From a bacterium (GTDB taxonomy: Bacteria > Margulisbacteria > Marinamargulisbacteria > GCA-2716485 > JAYNIM01): a stretch of DNA of 64,000 nucleotides. A program made the translations under genes and the position numbers. The DNA is taken from NCBI GenBank assembly GCA_038109055.1, contig JAYNIM010000001.1, forward strand, positions 580,981 through 644,980, read 5' to 3'. The notes beneath the pieces were generated by a model. It was not told the origin of the DNA. It did no database searches and saw only the letters and a list, made by a program, of their open reading frames with translations. This document shows, piece after piece, positions 19,226 to 30,300 of this stretch (positions are counted from its first letter, which is position 1; every line of letters begins with the position of its first letter).

Positions 19226-20484
19226 ATCGATATAAACCCTTCTGTGATACTTTTTCGATAGGCTAATACAGCTGGAATAAAACTTGTGATGACGCCACAC
19301 AACACAATCCCTATCGCAATATATATTTCCACTAAGGATACTGAGGACATAGTGACAATGAGTCCTAATTTATTTTCTAGTACAGGCGTTAAGATGTAGC
19401 CTAAAAGTCGCATTGATACCAGACCAACTATTACGCCACATCCTGTAATCACTATAGACTCCATAATCAATATCATAGCTAACTGCAAAGGGCGTGCGCC
19501 CATTGTTCTTAATATTGCTAATTCATATTTTCGCTGTTGTAAAGATGTAAATAATGCGATTAATAAGCCAATAAATGTAATCGCGGTTACCAAGATTGTC
19601 ATTATTAAAAATGTATGATCAATTACGCTTATACTATTCCATAAACGTGCTAAGGCTACGCCTGGAATAATCGCCATCAAGGCTTCGCTTTCCCAATTTG
19701 CAAGTCGTCGTTGTACTGTAAAAAGAGAAAACTTAGACTTTAATCCAACTAAACAACTTGTAATATATTCTGGCTTTAACTCTTGTTGGTTTCTTACTCC
19801 ATCCTTTGTCGTCTGGATTTTATCTACTCTTCCCTTTTTTGTTAGTGGCCGACTATGTAATGCTATTATCCCCTCAAGTGGGACATGCAGTGTTTTATCA
19901 ATTGGGGTTCCTGTCTCTTTTAAAATTCCCACTACTTTAAAGGCATTCTGTTTGTGTAAGGGGAGGTTTCCTTTTGCCATACCATGAGAAATAAATAACT
20001 CATCTCCTAACTTATAGTTCAATTTCTTTGCTACTTCTGCTCCTAGTACGACCTCAAATGTCTCCTGAAATATGTGCCCTTTTTGTAATTTCAAAGGCTT
20101 TCTTCGTCCATATTTGTAATGGTCAAAATAGTGGGTTGTAGTGCCTAATAATGGATAACCCTGATGAGAATCTCCTAATGAAAAGGGTATCATCCACTCT
20201 ACTTCTGAAAATGCTTCTATTTCTTTGGCTGACGTCCATGACATATTTGCCACCGCCTGACCTTGCCTAAAAATACTGTAAAGTAATAACTGGACCTCTC
20301 CAGATCTTGCGCCTACGATTAAATCTGTTCCAGATATACTACGGCTAAAGCTTTCTTTGGCGCTATGCTTTATCTTTTGAACCCCAATCAACAACATACT
20401 ACTTAAGCCTATTGACACTATCACCAATAGGGTTGTTAATCGTCTGTTTAATATACTTTTGATCGTTAGTTTAAACAGCGACAT
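19222..20484 (-). CDS. ABC transporter permease, MacB/FtsX type (ZrgC-like)
   Basis: SGTDLIVGARSG, SLGDSHQGY, ISHG, GTPIDK, ELAILRTMGA. Confidence 0.9.
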   Translation of the reverse strand: MSLFKLTIKSILNRRLTTLLVIVSIGLSSMLLIGVQKIKHSAKESFSRSISGTDLIVGARSGEVQLLLYSIFRQGQAVANMSWTSAKEIEAFSEVEWMIPFSLGDSHQGYPLLGTTTHYFDHYKYGRRKPLKLQKGHIFQETFEVVLGAEVAKKLNYKLGDELFISHGMAKGNLPLHKQNAFKVVGILKETGTPIDKTLHVPLEGIIALHSRPLTKKGRVDKIQTTKDGVRNQQELKPEYITSCLVGLKSKFSLFTVQRRLANWESEALMAIIPGVALARLWNSISVIDHTFLIMTILVTAITFIGLLIALFTSLQQRKYELAILRTMGARPLQLAMILIMESIVITGCGVIVGLVSMRLLGYILTPVLENKLGLIVTMSSVSLVEIYIAIGIVLCGVITSFIPAVLAYRKSITEGFISI

Positions 20485-21196
20485 GCGTCTTTTTATTCTG
20501 TTTTAGATTCATCTCATTCAAACAATATTTCTCTTTAAATTGGGATTGTAATGCTAGATCGTGCGACACAAAAATAAGACTTGCTTGGTATTTTTGACAC
20601 TCTGAAAATAAGGTCTCCATAAACTGTTGTTTCCGTTTATTATCTAAAGCAGAGGTGGCTTCGTCTGCAATGATAATTTTTGGCTCCCCAATGACCGCTC
20701 TTGCAATAGACACTCTCTGTTGCTGGCCAATACTCAATTGATGGACAGGTTTATTGATAACCTTTTCTTCGATATCAAGTTCCCTACATAAGCGCAGGGC
20801 CTCTTCTTCTAAGGACGCTGCTTTTTCTAATGTTTTTTGTTTTCTAATTTTGGAAAACATACACGGCAAGGTAATATTCTCGATGACATTAAGATAGGGA
20901 ATCAAATTAAACATTTGAAAAATAATCCCAAAGTTGTCTGCTCGAAAGCGATCACATTCAACTTTGTTGCAGGTTGTTAGGTCTTTTCCTAATACAGTCA
21001 CTTGTCCTGATTGTGGTTTAATGAGCCCTGTTACAATATTTAAAAAGGTTGTTTTACCGCATCCACTAGGTCCTTCAATAAATATCTGACTATTTTCTTT
21101 TAGCGTAAAACTGTTTAATTGAAGGCTAAAATCATCCTTATTTTGATAGCTGAAAAATAAGTTTTTTAGCTGAATATCATTCATTAAAGGTGACAA
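20471..21196 (-). CDS. ABC transporter ATP-binding protein (ZrgB-like)
   Basis: GPSGCGKTT, LSIGQQQRV, IIADEATSALD, VSHD. Confidence 0.93.
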   Translation of the reverse strand: MSPLMNDIQLKNLFFSYQNKDDFSLQLNSFTLKENSQIFIEGPSGCGKTTFLNIVTGLIKPQSGQVTVLGKDLTTCNKVECDRFRADNFGIIFQMFNLIPYLNVIENITLPCMFSKIRKQKTLEKAASLEEEALRLCRELDIEEKVINKPVHQLSIGQQQRVSIARAVIGEPKIIIADEATSALDNKRKQQFMETLFSECQKYQASLIFVSHDLALQSQFKEKYCLNEMNLKQNKKTHVAV

Positions 21197-21603
21197 CCTT
21201 CAGATGGACAACATTTTAAATAATAATGATTCATATAGTAAGAGCTAAGTACGCAGATAGTCCCAATCCCTAAATACAAAAAGCTCCCACAACCCTGTTG
21301 ACACGCTTGACAGTTCAGAACTGAATGTAGACCCCATAATATACTTCCCATTAAAAATAAGAGTCCAGCATGTGCTTTTTTATGTTTACAATAGCCGTTA
21401 TAGATAATAGAAATCCCACAAAAAATTGATCCTAGTAGTAGACTTACTTCCATCCATATATTGTGCATAATAGCCCCTAACAACGGTGCTAGTACAATCA
21501 AAAAAGGGGTCGCAATACAGTGAATAGCACAGGCCATGGATGCTATATGCATCGCGTTTATTTGTGGCTTTGGCGTTATTTGTTTCTGTCTAATACTGAC
21601 CAT
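21184..21603 (-). CDS. MerC-domain membrane protein
   Basis: ASMACAIHCIATP, GYCKHK, four hydrophobic segments, Cys/His-rich C-terminus. Confidence 0.85.
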   Translation of the reverse strand: MVSIRQKQITPKPQINAMHIASMACAIHCIATPFLIVLAPLLGAIMHNIWMEVSLLLGSIFCGISIIYNGYCKHKKAHAGLLFLMGSILWGLHSVLNCQACQQGCGSFLYLGIGTICVLSSYYMNHYYLKCCPSEGCHL

Positions 21604-22156
21604 TTATGTTTATCCGTTGTTTATCTTTATAAAGAGTATAAGAAGCTTGCTTCTCTTTTGTTATCACAATAAGACCCATCTTTTTAAGCAGTAAAAATGG
21701 TTGAAAAAGATCTATCTCTATCGTATTAATTTTGTTGTTTTTAGGGAAGCTATACCCCTGTATTATCTTTATCACTTCGCTTGTTTCTTCATGGGGATGA
21801 TCACAACCTGAATGATCATGACCATCGCTCTGTTCTTCCAGTTTTAGGCTATTCTTGTGTTGCTCGAGATTAATTTTTACGTTTCTTCTTAAAACACCTT
21901 GTTTTTTATATGCCTTTACAAGTTCTATTTCTTTTAATCTACTGCTTATTCCCCTTATTTCTTTTTCTTTCTCTGATGATTCATCGTCTTTAGCTCTGAG
22001 TACGTCAGAAACAGGTAAGATGAGTTCTATTTCTATCTTTGCCTCATTTATGATGAGCGTCCCTTTTGCTTCTGCAAAAACCTGACTAGCTGTCAGAAGA
22101 CTGACGATCATGCCCATGATCCCTCCCAATAATATACCCATCATTCTTTTTTTCAT
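21590..22156 (-). CDS. Exported His-containing protein, divergent DUF2796/ZrgA-like metal-binding protein
   Basis: Signal peptide, IEIELILPVSDVL, DGHDHSGCDHPHEE, IDLFQPF; position in operon. Confidence 0.55.
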   Translation of the reverse strand: MKKRMMGILLGGIMGMIVSLLTASQVFAEAKGTLIINEAKIEIELILPVSDVLRAKDDESSEKEKEIRGISSRLKEIELVKAYKKQGVLRRNVKINLEQHKNSLKLEEQSDGHDHSGCDHPHEETSEVIKIIQGYSFPKNNKINTIEIDLFQPFLLLKKMGLIVITKEKQASYTLYKDKQRININGQY

Positions 22157-22162
22157 CTGAGT

Positions 22163-22555
22163 TTACTTATTTACACAGCCCTCACAAATCCCATATATGT
22201 TAAAGTCATGTGAGAGAATTTTAAAGTTCTTACTGGGTAACAGTTCGGACATATTTATATTGAGCTTTTTAACATGACAGCCCTCTAAACAAAACGCTGT
22301 TTCACAGTCATCACAAATAAAGTGATGATGATGATTATGAAATAATTCAAAATACGCCGCCCCATTTTTATTTTTTATCTCTGTAACACGCTTTTTATCC
22401 ATGAGCTTTGTTAAAATTCGATACACCGTGGCTTTATTTGGCACAATCTCTTCTTTGCTCAGTTCCTCTATGATGTTTGAGACAGATAGTGGAGATTTGG
22501 CCTCTGTTAAAATCTTTAGGACATTACTCGCTATAATTGTTTTTCGTTTAAACAC
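22163..22555 (-). CDS. Fur-family metalloregulator (probably Zur-like)
   Basis: ATVYRIL, HHHHFICDDC, YGICEGC. Confidence 0.9.
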   Translation of the reverse strand: MFKRKTIIASNVLKILTEAKSPLSVSNIIEELSKEEIVPNKATVYRILTKLMDKKRVTEIKNKNGAAYFELFHNHHHHFICDDCETAFCLEGCHVKKLNINMSELLPSKNFKILSHDFNIYGICEGCVNK

Positions 22556-22582
22556 CTGCTTACTTTAACATTTCGACTATAC

Positions 22583-22605
22583 TTAACGCAACTTAATTGC
22601 AATAA
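22583..22605. promoter_or_regulatory. Candidate Fur/Zur operator TTAACGCAACTTAATTGCAATAA
   Basis: Imperfect inverted repeat 28 bp upstream of fur-family start; near-identical copy at 40502-40524. Confidence 0.65.
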
Positions 22606-22763
22606 ATAATACCTTTTGTTCCTATTTTTACCATAAGTATTTTTCATTTTATCTTACGTCTTCCTATTTTTAGGATCTAACTGATGATATTTTAGCTTTT
22701 TGATTTGATTTTTGTTACTTTAATCGTTATAAAATTACTATTATCCTTATTATCTAGAGAACC

Positions 22764-23777
22764 ATGAAACGTATATTTATCACAGGTATTTCAGGCTATA
22801 TCGGCAGTCATTGTGCCGCTCAACTCTTACAAAAGGACTATTGGGTCAAGGGCTCTCTAAGGGATATGGCCTATGCTCCTCAGATTCAGAACGCTCTTAA
22901 TAAGGTAGTCAATAAAGACTGTAATATTGATTTTTATCCCTTAGATTTATTACGTGATGATGGTTGGGAAGAGGCCTTAGAAGGCTGTGATACGGTTCTT
23001 CATGTTGCCTCTCCTTTTGAGATCTCAGAACCAAAGAACCCAGATGACATGATTAAGCCTGCGTTAGATGGTACAAAACGTGTGCTTTCTATCTCTAAAA
23101 AAATGGGCATTAAAAAAGTTATTCTTACGTCCTCCTTAGTTGCAATGGTTGGCGACAAGAAAGTCGCCCATCTTACAGACAAAAGTTGGACAAAACCAGA
23201 TACAGATCGTGTTTCAAGCTACATGAAAAGTAAAGCCTATGCGGAAAAATGGGCCTGGGATTTTTACACTAAACAATCTAATGATGATAAAATGCAGCTT
23301 ACGGTTATTAATCCTGGACCTGTTTATGGCCCTCCTATCATCAATAGAATTGATGGGGCTTCTATGTCATTTTTTGCTGAAGTCATGACAGGAAAAATGG
23401 CACAACTCCCTCCTTGTGAATATGCTATGTCTGATGTAAGAGATATTGCAAAAATTCATGTTGAAGCCATCAACAATTCACAGTCTGATGGAAAACGTTT
23501 AATTGTAACTACTGATGAAGCCCATTCGTTTTTAGACATTGGAAAACTACTTTCAACTCATGGTTTTCTTAAGAAAGCACCCACTCAAGCTCCGATTTTT
23601 TTACTTAAATTACTCGGCCTATTTAACAGAGAAATTAAAGGAATGATGCCCTTTATTGGCTCTCGTATTACAGCTGATAATTCTATCACAAAACATATTT
23701 TTAATTGGGAGCCTATTCCATTTGAAAAAATGGTTTTAGATACGGCAGAGTCACTTACAAAACATCTTCATCAATAG
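22764..23777 (+). CDS. NAD-dependent epimerase/dehydratase, dihydroflavonol/aldehyde reductase-like extended SDR
   Basis: TGISGYIG, HVASPF, IKPALDGT, YMKSKAYAE, DVRDIA. Confidence 0.9.
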   Translation: MKRIFITGISGYIGSHCAAQLLQKDYWVKGSLRDMAYAPQIQNALNKVVNKDCNIDFYPLDLLRDDGWEEALEGCDTVLHVASPFEISEPKNPDDMIKPALDGTKRVLSISKKMGIKKVILTSSLVAMVGDKKVAHLTDKSWTKPDTDRVSSYMKSKAYAEKWAWDFYTKQSNDDKMQLTVINPGPVYGPPIINRIDGASMSFFAEVMTGKMAQLPPCEYAMSDVRDIAKIHVEAINNSQSDGKRLIVTTDEAHSFLDIGKLLSTHGFLKKAPTQAPIFLLKLLGLFNREIKGMMPFIGSRITADNSITKHIFNWEPIPFEKMVLDTAESLTKHLHQ

Positions 23778-23878
23778 CTTATATGTTTTAATCATTATAA
23801 AATTCATTGTTTGTACACATATTTTATACACGTCACTTTACACATATAAATACAGTTATTTAATATGGGACAAGTATC

Positions 23879-24460
23879 ATGAACCAGCTTTCCAAAGACT
23901 TGACGCCTGAAGAGTTTTTATCTGTTATTGATACCATGTTTTCGGCTGCTGTCATAACCCCTAACCATCCCCTTCATCAAGGTGTTTTTGCTACAAGTAG
24001 AGAGAGTCTTATTCAACAACGATATGTCGTTGTACGTCGTTGGAGCTTATTAAGACGTACCTTAATGTTTCATACCGATAATCGATCCCCAAAAATCAGT
24101 GATTTAAAACAAACAGCGTCATCCTCATTTATCTTTTATTCTAACCCCGATCAACTACAACTTCGATTTGAATGTATCACTCATGTGCATACACATGATC
24201 GCTTGGCACGAGCACTTTTTAATGACACTACCCCGTCCCAACGCTTACCCTATCAAACGCCTATCCCTCCATCTGATAAAACCACTCTTTCTGAGTTATC
24301 TAACACAACAAACCAACAAGACCCCTTTAACAACTTCGCCGTTTGTGTGTGTAATTTTAATACCATAGAACTTCTCTATTTAAATCGATTCGCGCATGTG
24401 CGAATTATATATGAATGGAACGATAAAGGTGAACTTGTCTGGGATTACTTAGCCCCCTAA
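23879..24460 (+). CDS. Pyridoxamine 5'-phosphate oxidase-like FMN-binding protein
   Basis: RYVVVR, FHTDNRSPK, QLQLRF, ELLYL, C-terminal LAP. Confidence 0.75.
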   Translation: MNQLSKDLTPEEFLSVIDTMFSAAVITPNHPLHQGVFATSRESLIQQRYVVVRRWSLLRRTLMFHTDNRSPKISDLKQTASSSFIFYSNPDQLQLRFECITHVHTHDRLARALFNDTTPSQRLPYQTPIPPSDKTTLSELSNTTNQQDPFNNFAVCVCNFNTIELLYLNRFAHVRIIYEWNDKGELVWDYLAP

Positions 24461-24498
24461 TTTTTCTACCTGCAGGATCATGATATAATCGGCATTAG

Positions 24499-24726
24499 AT
24501 GACCAATATCGATTCATTATCTGAAAGCACCCTTAACGATATTATAGCTATGGCATGGTGCGATAAAACACCCTTTGAACGCATCCAAACCTTTACCGGT
24601 TTGTCTGAAAAAGAGGTTATTGCTGTGATGCGTCGTCAATTAAAACCCTCCAGCTTTAGAATGTGGCGGAAACGTGTGGTTCGAAAACAACAAAAACATG
24701 AGAAAAAGTTCTCACAAAAATACTAA
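24499..24726 (+). CDS. TIGR03643/DUF2805 family small protein
   Basis: IIAMAWCDKTPFERI..GLSEKEVIAVMRRQLKPSSFRMWRKRV. Confidence 0.9.
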   Translation: MTNIDSLSESTLNDIIAMAWCDKTPFERIQTFTGLSEKEVIAVMRRQLKPSSFRMWRKRVVRKQQKHEKKFSQKY

Positions 24727-24739
24727 TCACTCTCTCCAG

Positions 24740-26203
24740 CTACCTATTTTTTGACCTTTTGATATGTAATTTACGTCGACTCCCATGCTTGCTTAACAGA
24801 CTCATTGTTTCTGCTTTAGTGTCTAGTGTTTTTCTAATTTGATACAATCGTTTTGCTGCGTTTTGTCGACTTATTTTTTCATCTACAATAGGCGGAGCGA
24901 TATTCCAATCAAATGCCCATGGTTCACATACATGCTCTTTGGGTAATCCCACTAACTCTGGCACCCATTTTTTGATAAATATGCCTTCGGGATCATGATC
25001 ATACCCCTGTTTGATCGGATTATATATTCGGATCGCATTCATGCCTGTTACCCCTGCCTGCATTTGACATTGACTGTAGTGAATCCCAGGCTCATAATCT
25101 GTAAATTGTGTTGCTAAATGATGAGCTACTACCTTCCACGGTAGTTGTAAATGATGGCAACCCACACTCACAATCATGGCCCGCATCCGAAAATTTAACC
25201 AGCCCGTAACTTTTAATGATCGCATGCATGCATCAACTAGGGGAAACCCTGTTTTACCCTCTTTCCATAATTGATATACCTGCTCATGATAGTCATACAT
25301 ATCTAAATGGCGATAAGCAGAATGTAGGGATTGATACTCCATTGAGGGTTCATCTTCTAACTTTTGTATAAAATGACAATGCCAACGAAGACGCCCTAAA
25401 CATGCCTGTAAGGAAAATGCCCATCCTCCACGTTGTGGACGGGGCAATTTTTTTATATGATCTTGTTTCTGTTTCATAAGTTGATACATCTGTCGCATCG
25501 ATATACAGCCAAAACTTAGGTAAGGGGACAGACGTGTACAACTGTCATAGGCTGTCACTGGGGATGACATCTCCTTGCTATAATGTTCTCCACGTTCGTT
25601 TAAAAAACTTGTCAGTTTTGTGAGTGCATGATCTTCTCCGCCTTGTTGAAATTCGTGCCCGGTCTCTGTAACGAGTCCTAGTTTAGTTGCTGAAGGAAAC
25701 GTGAATGATTCCTGTGTTGATGAGATAGGTGTTTGTGGCAGTACATCTTCTATTTTTTGTGTCATGAAAAACGCCCATTTTTTTGCCCATCCGTCTCGAT
25801 CTTTCAATCGTCTTATGACGCCATTTTGAGGAAACTCTTGCCACGTCACACCCCGAAAATTAGCCCATTTTCTCACCGCTTTATCGCGCTGATATGTCCA
25901 GTTATTGCCTGTTTCTTCATTAGAAAAAAGCGATATTTGCTTAAACTGATGAAGCAATTGGTCTAATACTGCTGTGATCGATCCCTTGCGAATTAATAAG
26001 CCAATTCCACGTTTCGCTAAGTGTTTATGCAGACTTGACAGGGCCCCTTTTAAAAAAAAATAGTGCCTCCAGCTCATATCTGGCTGTTTCCATAAATCAG
26101 GTTCAACGACATACACTGCAACACAAGGTCCCTTTTTCGAGGCTTCTAGTAAGGCAGGATGATCACTAACACGGCAGTCTTTTTTTATCCAAACAATATT
26201 CAT
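24740..26203 (-). CDS. Cryptochrome/DNA photolyase family protein (FAD-binding)
   Basis: WIKKDCRVSDHPAL, TRLSPYL, RLRWHCHFIQKLEDEP, GWLNFRMRAM, DYEPGIHYSQCQMQAG, RIYNP. Confidence 0.92.
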   Translation of the reverse strand: MNIVWIKKDCRVSDHPALLEASKKGPCVAVYVVEPDLWKQPDMSWRHYFFLKGALSSLHKHLAKRGIGLLIRKGSITAVLDQLLHQFKQISLFSNEETGNNWTYQRDKAVRKWANFRGVTWQEFPQNGVIRRLKDRDGWAKKWAFFMTQKIEDVLPQTPISSTQESFTFPSATKLGLVTETGHEFQQGGEDHALTKLTSFLNERGEHYSKEMSSPVTAYDSCTRLSPYLSFGCISMRQMYQLMKQKQDHIKKLPRPQRGGWAFSLQACLGRLRWHCHFIQKLEDEPSMEYQSLHSAYRHLDMYDYHEQVYQLWKEGKTGFPLVDACMRSLKVTGWLNFRMRAMIVSVGCHHLQLPWKVVAHHLATQFTDYEPGIHYSQCQMQAGVTGMNAIRIYNPIKQGYDHDPEGIFIKKWVPELVGLPKEHVCEPWAFDWNIAPPIVDEKISRQNAAKRLYQIRKTLDTKAETMSLLSKHGSRRKLHIKRSKNR

Positions 26204-27309
26204 AACATTCGTTTTGTTAGCGGTGATAATGACTTCATCACAGCTTTGTAATACTTAAAAAATTGAAAATATGGTTTATCACATGAAACTAAAAACTGGC
26301 GCTTTGTCTGATGACCCTTAAAATGTCGCGTGAAGGGGTGCTCCTGATAATAAATTTGACTATTTGGGCAGTGCTTTAAACAGTGATCAAATTCTGCTAC
26401 CCAAATCTTAATAGATGGAATAAAGGTTTTTGCTATTTTTAAAATAAAATCCAAAACCTGTTGTGATACCGGATATTGATCAAAATGAGAAGGTTCCAAT
26501 AATAAGACACGTTGTATAGATTGATCCATTAACCATGTTGGATCAAGTGTATAGGACGTATATAACGCAATCTCATTCGATGGTGTTATAGGATCTGATT
26601 GAATCCGTTCAAGTGATGTTTTAAGAGCTAGAGGTTGATATTTCATTAACACATTTGGGACAGCTTGTGTCACTAATACATCATAAGGTTGATCTAAAAA
26701 AGTGTCTTTCTGGACTGTTTTGGTGTATTTATTAATATTATCCTGATTCATAAAATACTGTCTTTGACGAGTAACACCTGCCACCCATTGCCAACTTAAC
26801 GCGTTACTTGCCCAATCACCGTCTAATAAATAATAGTATAGCCATTTTGCGGGTTCTAACCAGTGACTTTTAGCTATATTACAACATAATGAAGCGACAT
26901 AGAGACGCATATGATTGTGCATATACCCCTCTTTTTCAAGGCGTTTTATCCCTGCATCTAACTGTGTAATCCCTGTTTGACCATTCACGATAGCCTCTGA
27001 CATATGAGATGATTGCAAGTGACTCGTGTCATATACCGCATGGTCAATGTCAACCTGACAAAACCATTGCTGCTGCCAAAACTCTCTCCATATTAACTGT
27101 TGTAAGAACTTTTCGGATCTAGCTGTTATCTTATTCACAGCACGAAGATGCTTGATCACCTCAGGAATTGTGATAACTCCACGTGAAATATAAGGGGATA
27201 AATAAGTAACAGCTCCCGACACATAATTACGTGTTCGCCCATACATATCACTATCAATGGTATCGATATACCTAAAGATCTCTTCTCGTGTTTTAACATC
27301 TGGAATCAT
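26200..27309 (-). CDS. Short photolyase-family protein with N-terminal FAD domain (inverted domain order, NewPHL-like)
   Basis: YGRTRNY, LSPYISRG, WREF, GYMHNHMRLY, LLDGDWASNALSWQWVAG in N-terminal half; LLLEPSHF..YPVS C-terminal alpha/beta segment. Confidence 0.85.
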   Translation of the reverse strand: MIPDVKTREEIFRYIDTIDSDMYGRTRNYVSGAVTYLSPYISRGVITIPEVIKHLRAVNKITARSEKFLQQLIWREFWQQQWFCQVDIDHAVYDTSHLQSSHMSEAIVNGQTGITQLDAGIKRLEKEGYMHNHMRLYVASLCCNIAKSHWLEPAKWLYYYLLDGDWASNALSWQWVAGVTRQRQYFMNQDNINKYTKTVQKDTFLDQPYDVLVTQAVPNVLMKYQPLALKTSLERIQSDPITPSNEIALYTSYTLDPTWLMDQSIQRVLLLEPSHFDQYPVSQQVLDFILKIAKTFIPSIKIWVAEFDHCLKHCPNSQIYYQEHPFTRHFKGHQTKRQFLVSCDKPYFQFFKYYKAVMKSLSPLTKRML

Positions 27310-30300
27310 TCTTTAATATCTATTTGCATCTTTCTTTCTGTGCCTTTTGACTTTACCAGTGTGTCGGTTAAACGTTTTAACTCGATACATAATTGCTGAC
27401 GGGTCATGATATGATCGAGTTCTTCCAAGCGAATACTATCAAATCTGTTTACGGCATCAATATAATCATTTAATGTGACGTTCCCATATGAATAGTTTTT
27501 TGATTCTTCTTTAAAAATATAGGCGGCTAAAACACGTTTTTGCTTGGCAATATTTATCCGTTTAGTTTGTGACTCTAAGGCTGCTACAATGTTCCTAATT
27601 TGAATCTGCAAAGATTCCTGCGTTGCCGCCGTTTCGATATCCACATTATCTTTTTCAACTAGTGCTTGCTTGTGCAACGACTCTGCGTTGATATTTTTTA
27701 ATGGCAAGCCTAGTGATACCTGAGAAATTGCCGTGTTTTCGTAACTATTAGACTGTTGTTGGTGCAAGAATATTGTAGACCAGGTAAGTGATGGCATCAG
27801 ATTTCGTTTTAGATAGGATACATCTGTGTCTGTTTGTGAACGTAGCAAGTCTAGTGTCTTGAATGAACGACTATGTGATAGGTCCTGAAATATAGATGCT
27901 AGATGACGATAGTCATCAAATTGATTAATAGAGCCACTGGGAATAAGTTCCATTGAGTGGGTAACGCCCATAGCTTGTTTAAGCATGGCCTGCCGTTGAT
28001 CACGTTTTAATTGACTCATTAAGACCTGTTCTTCTTTTGCCAAAAGCTGTAATTTTACTTTTGAGACATCTGTTTCATTCGCAATTTTTTTTACCTGTCT
28101 TTTTAAGACACTTTCCAATACTTTTTGATTTTCTTGTAACGATGACTGTGCCATTCGATGTCGTTCAACATCTCTCATCCAATCAAAATACATCGTCATT
28201 AACCCCGCCACATAGTCCTCATACGCCTCTACTATCTGATAATGCATTAACTGCGTTTTGATATCTAAGAGATTATCCTGTAACTGAACAGATTTTCCAA
28301 AGGCATTTCGTGCAATATCTTGAGAAAATGTTAGCCCTGTAGAACGCCGTTTTTGATCCAATGTATCCACACTTAGGGTTGCTTTTACCGACTGGCCTAA
28401 TCGTGGTTTTTCGTAATTAAAACTGATATCTGTCATGATACCACTATCCCCTTTCTGCAGATACAGCCCCCCTACTACTGATACAAATTGTTCTTCTGCC
28501 TCTGCATGTGCGTCTTTGAAATACGTCAGCTTCAACTGCTCTTTTAATAACGATTTAAACTCTTTATCGTAGGCAATGCTCTTTTCAATAAAGTCTGTGA
28601 ATGTTAATGGATAAGTTTCTGCCCGTAAATTTATACTTGTTCCCAGAAAAATAATCATCCCCATCATCAATAAAGATCTCCCTGGAATTAACTTTTTGAT
28701 TATTTTGCGGAGGTCTTGCTCAAACATAAACACGCAAGGGGTTAAAATCAAGGTTACCAATGTCCCCAATATTAATCCCCAGGCCAAGGCCAGCATCATA
28801 TCCGCTAACATCGCATCCTCACCTCCTATTCCATAGGCTGTTGGAATGACGCCAGCGACTGTTGTAAGAGTTGTTAACACCACTGCTCGTAACCGAGTTT
28901 TGGCGATACTGGCTGTGTATGCATTATCTAATATGTTGCTTTTTTTCAATAAATCCAGCTTATTTAACATAAGAATTGCATCATTGACCACAACTCCCAA
29001 CATTCCTAAAGTTCCAATAGCTGCATAAAAACCGAACATGGTTTTGTTATGCAGGTAAAAAGCCCCTATCACCCCAATCACGCCAAATGGAATAATTAAC
29101 ATCACACGAAATGGCTTTAGTAACGAATTAAACAATAGGGCTAAAATAACATAGATCAGTATCACGGCCCCCGATACGCCCCATAAAAATTCTTTTCTGG
29201 ATTGACGTGTGTCAAAAATTTCACCATCAAAGCTAATTTGTGCGGTGGGATACCTTGCAATAATGGCTGGAAAAAGGGTTCGCTCACACTCTTCTGCTAT
29301 TTCGAGTGGACTTTTGGGACTTCCCTTAATGGGATCTGCATAGATATAACTCGTCCGTTTCATGTTTTCTCGTCTGATCGATTGTTTGTTTGTTGTTTGA
29401 TTAATCGACACTAAATCTCCTAACGGGATCAAATATTTTTGAACATTTGAAATGGGGATCGTGAGTAGCTTTTTGACGCTTTGTTTATAATCAGGTTCCA
29501 CCGTTAATAAAACATCTACTTCTTCGTCATTTCTGAAAATGCTATACATTTTTTTACCATTCAACCCTACTCGTAAGGTCTCTGAAATACTTGCTGGATC
29601 AATTGATAATTTTTTTAACATCTCTTGTTTGTAGTTTAGTGTATACCCTTTTTTAGTTAAGATTCGATCTTCTTCAACATTGGTCATTAAGGGGTGATCT
29701 TCCAGTAGCTTCATTAGCTCCTTCTGAATCTTGTCCCGTCGTTCATCGTTGTTCTCTTGAATCACAATTTCAAATGTACTTCCTGCTTCTTGCCCATAGC
29801 GACGCTTTCTGAACGAGATTTTTTCGAGTTCAGGTATTGTAGTGGTAAATGCTTTTATTTCCTGAATGATCTGGTTAGCTGATTTTTGGCGTTGGTCTGA
29901 TGGTACAAGTTCTAATGTGGTTCGAAACACATTCTCTCGATCCGCTGAACCTCTACGTCCTAATCCAATAATGGTTCGAACACCTACTTTTTCATCCTTG
30001 AACATCTCTACAAGATAATCTTCTAACGGTTGGATAGCTAATGCTGTTTGTTTTGCCACACTGGCACTTTTTACAACACCCGAGATTACAACCTCTCGTG
30101 ATTCATCTTGCGTAAATAACACAAATTTAAACTCCGATTTAACCAGCAAAACACTCAATCCCATTAACCCAACAAAACATATCACTATGAGAATTCTGTA
30201 TCTGAGTAAGAATCTTAATGCTTTTTCATAGACGTTTTCACACGCTTCAAACCATTTTTTAGCTGTAGATGGAGCATGTTTGTTTTGAAATAGCGTCATG

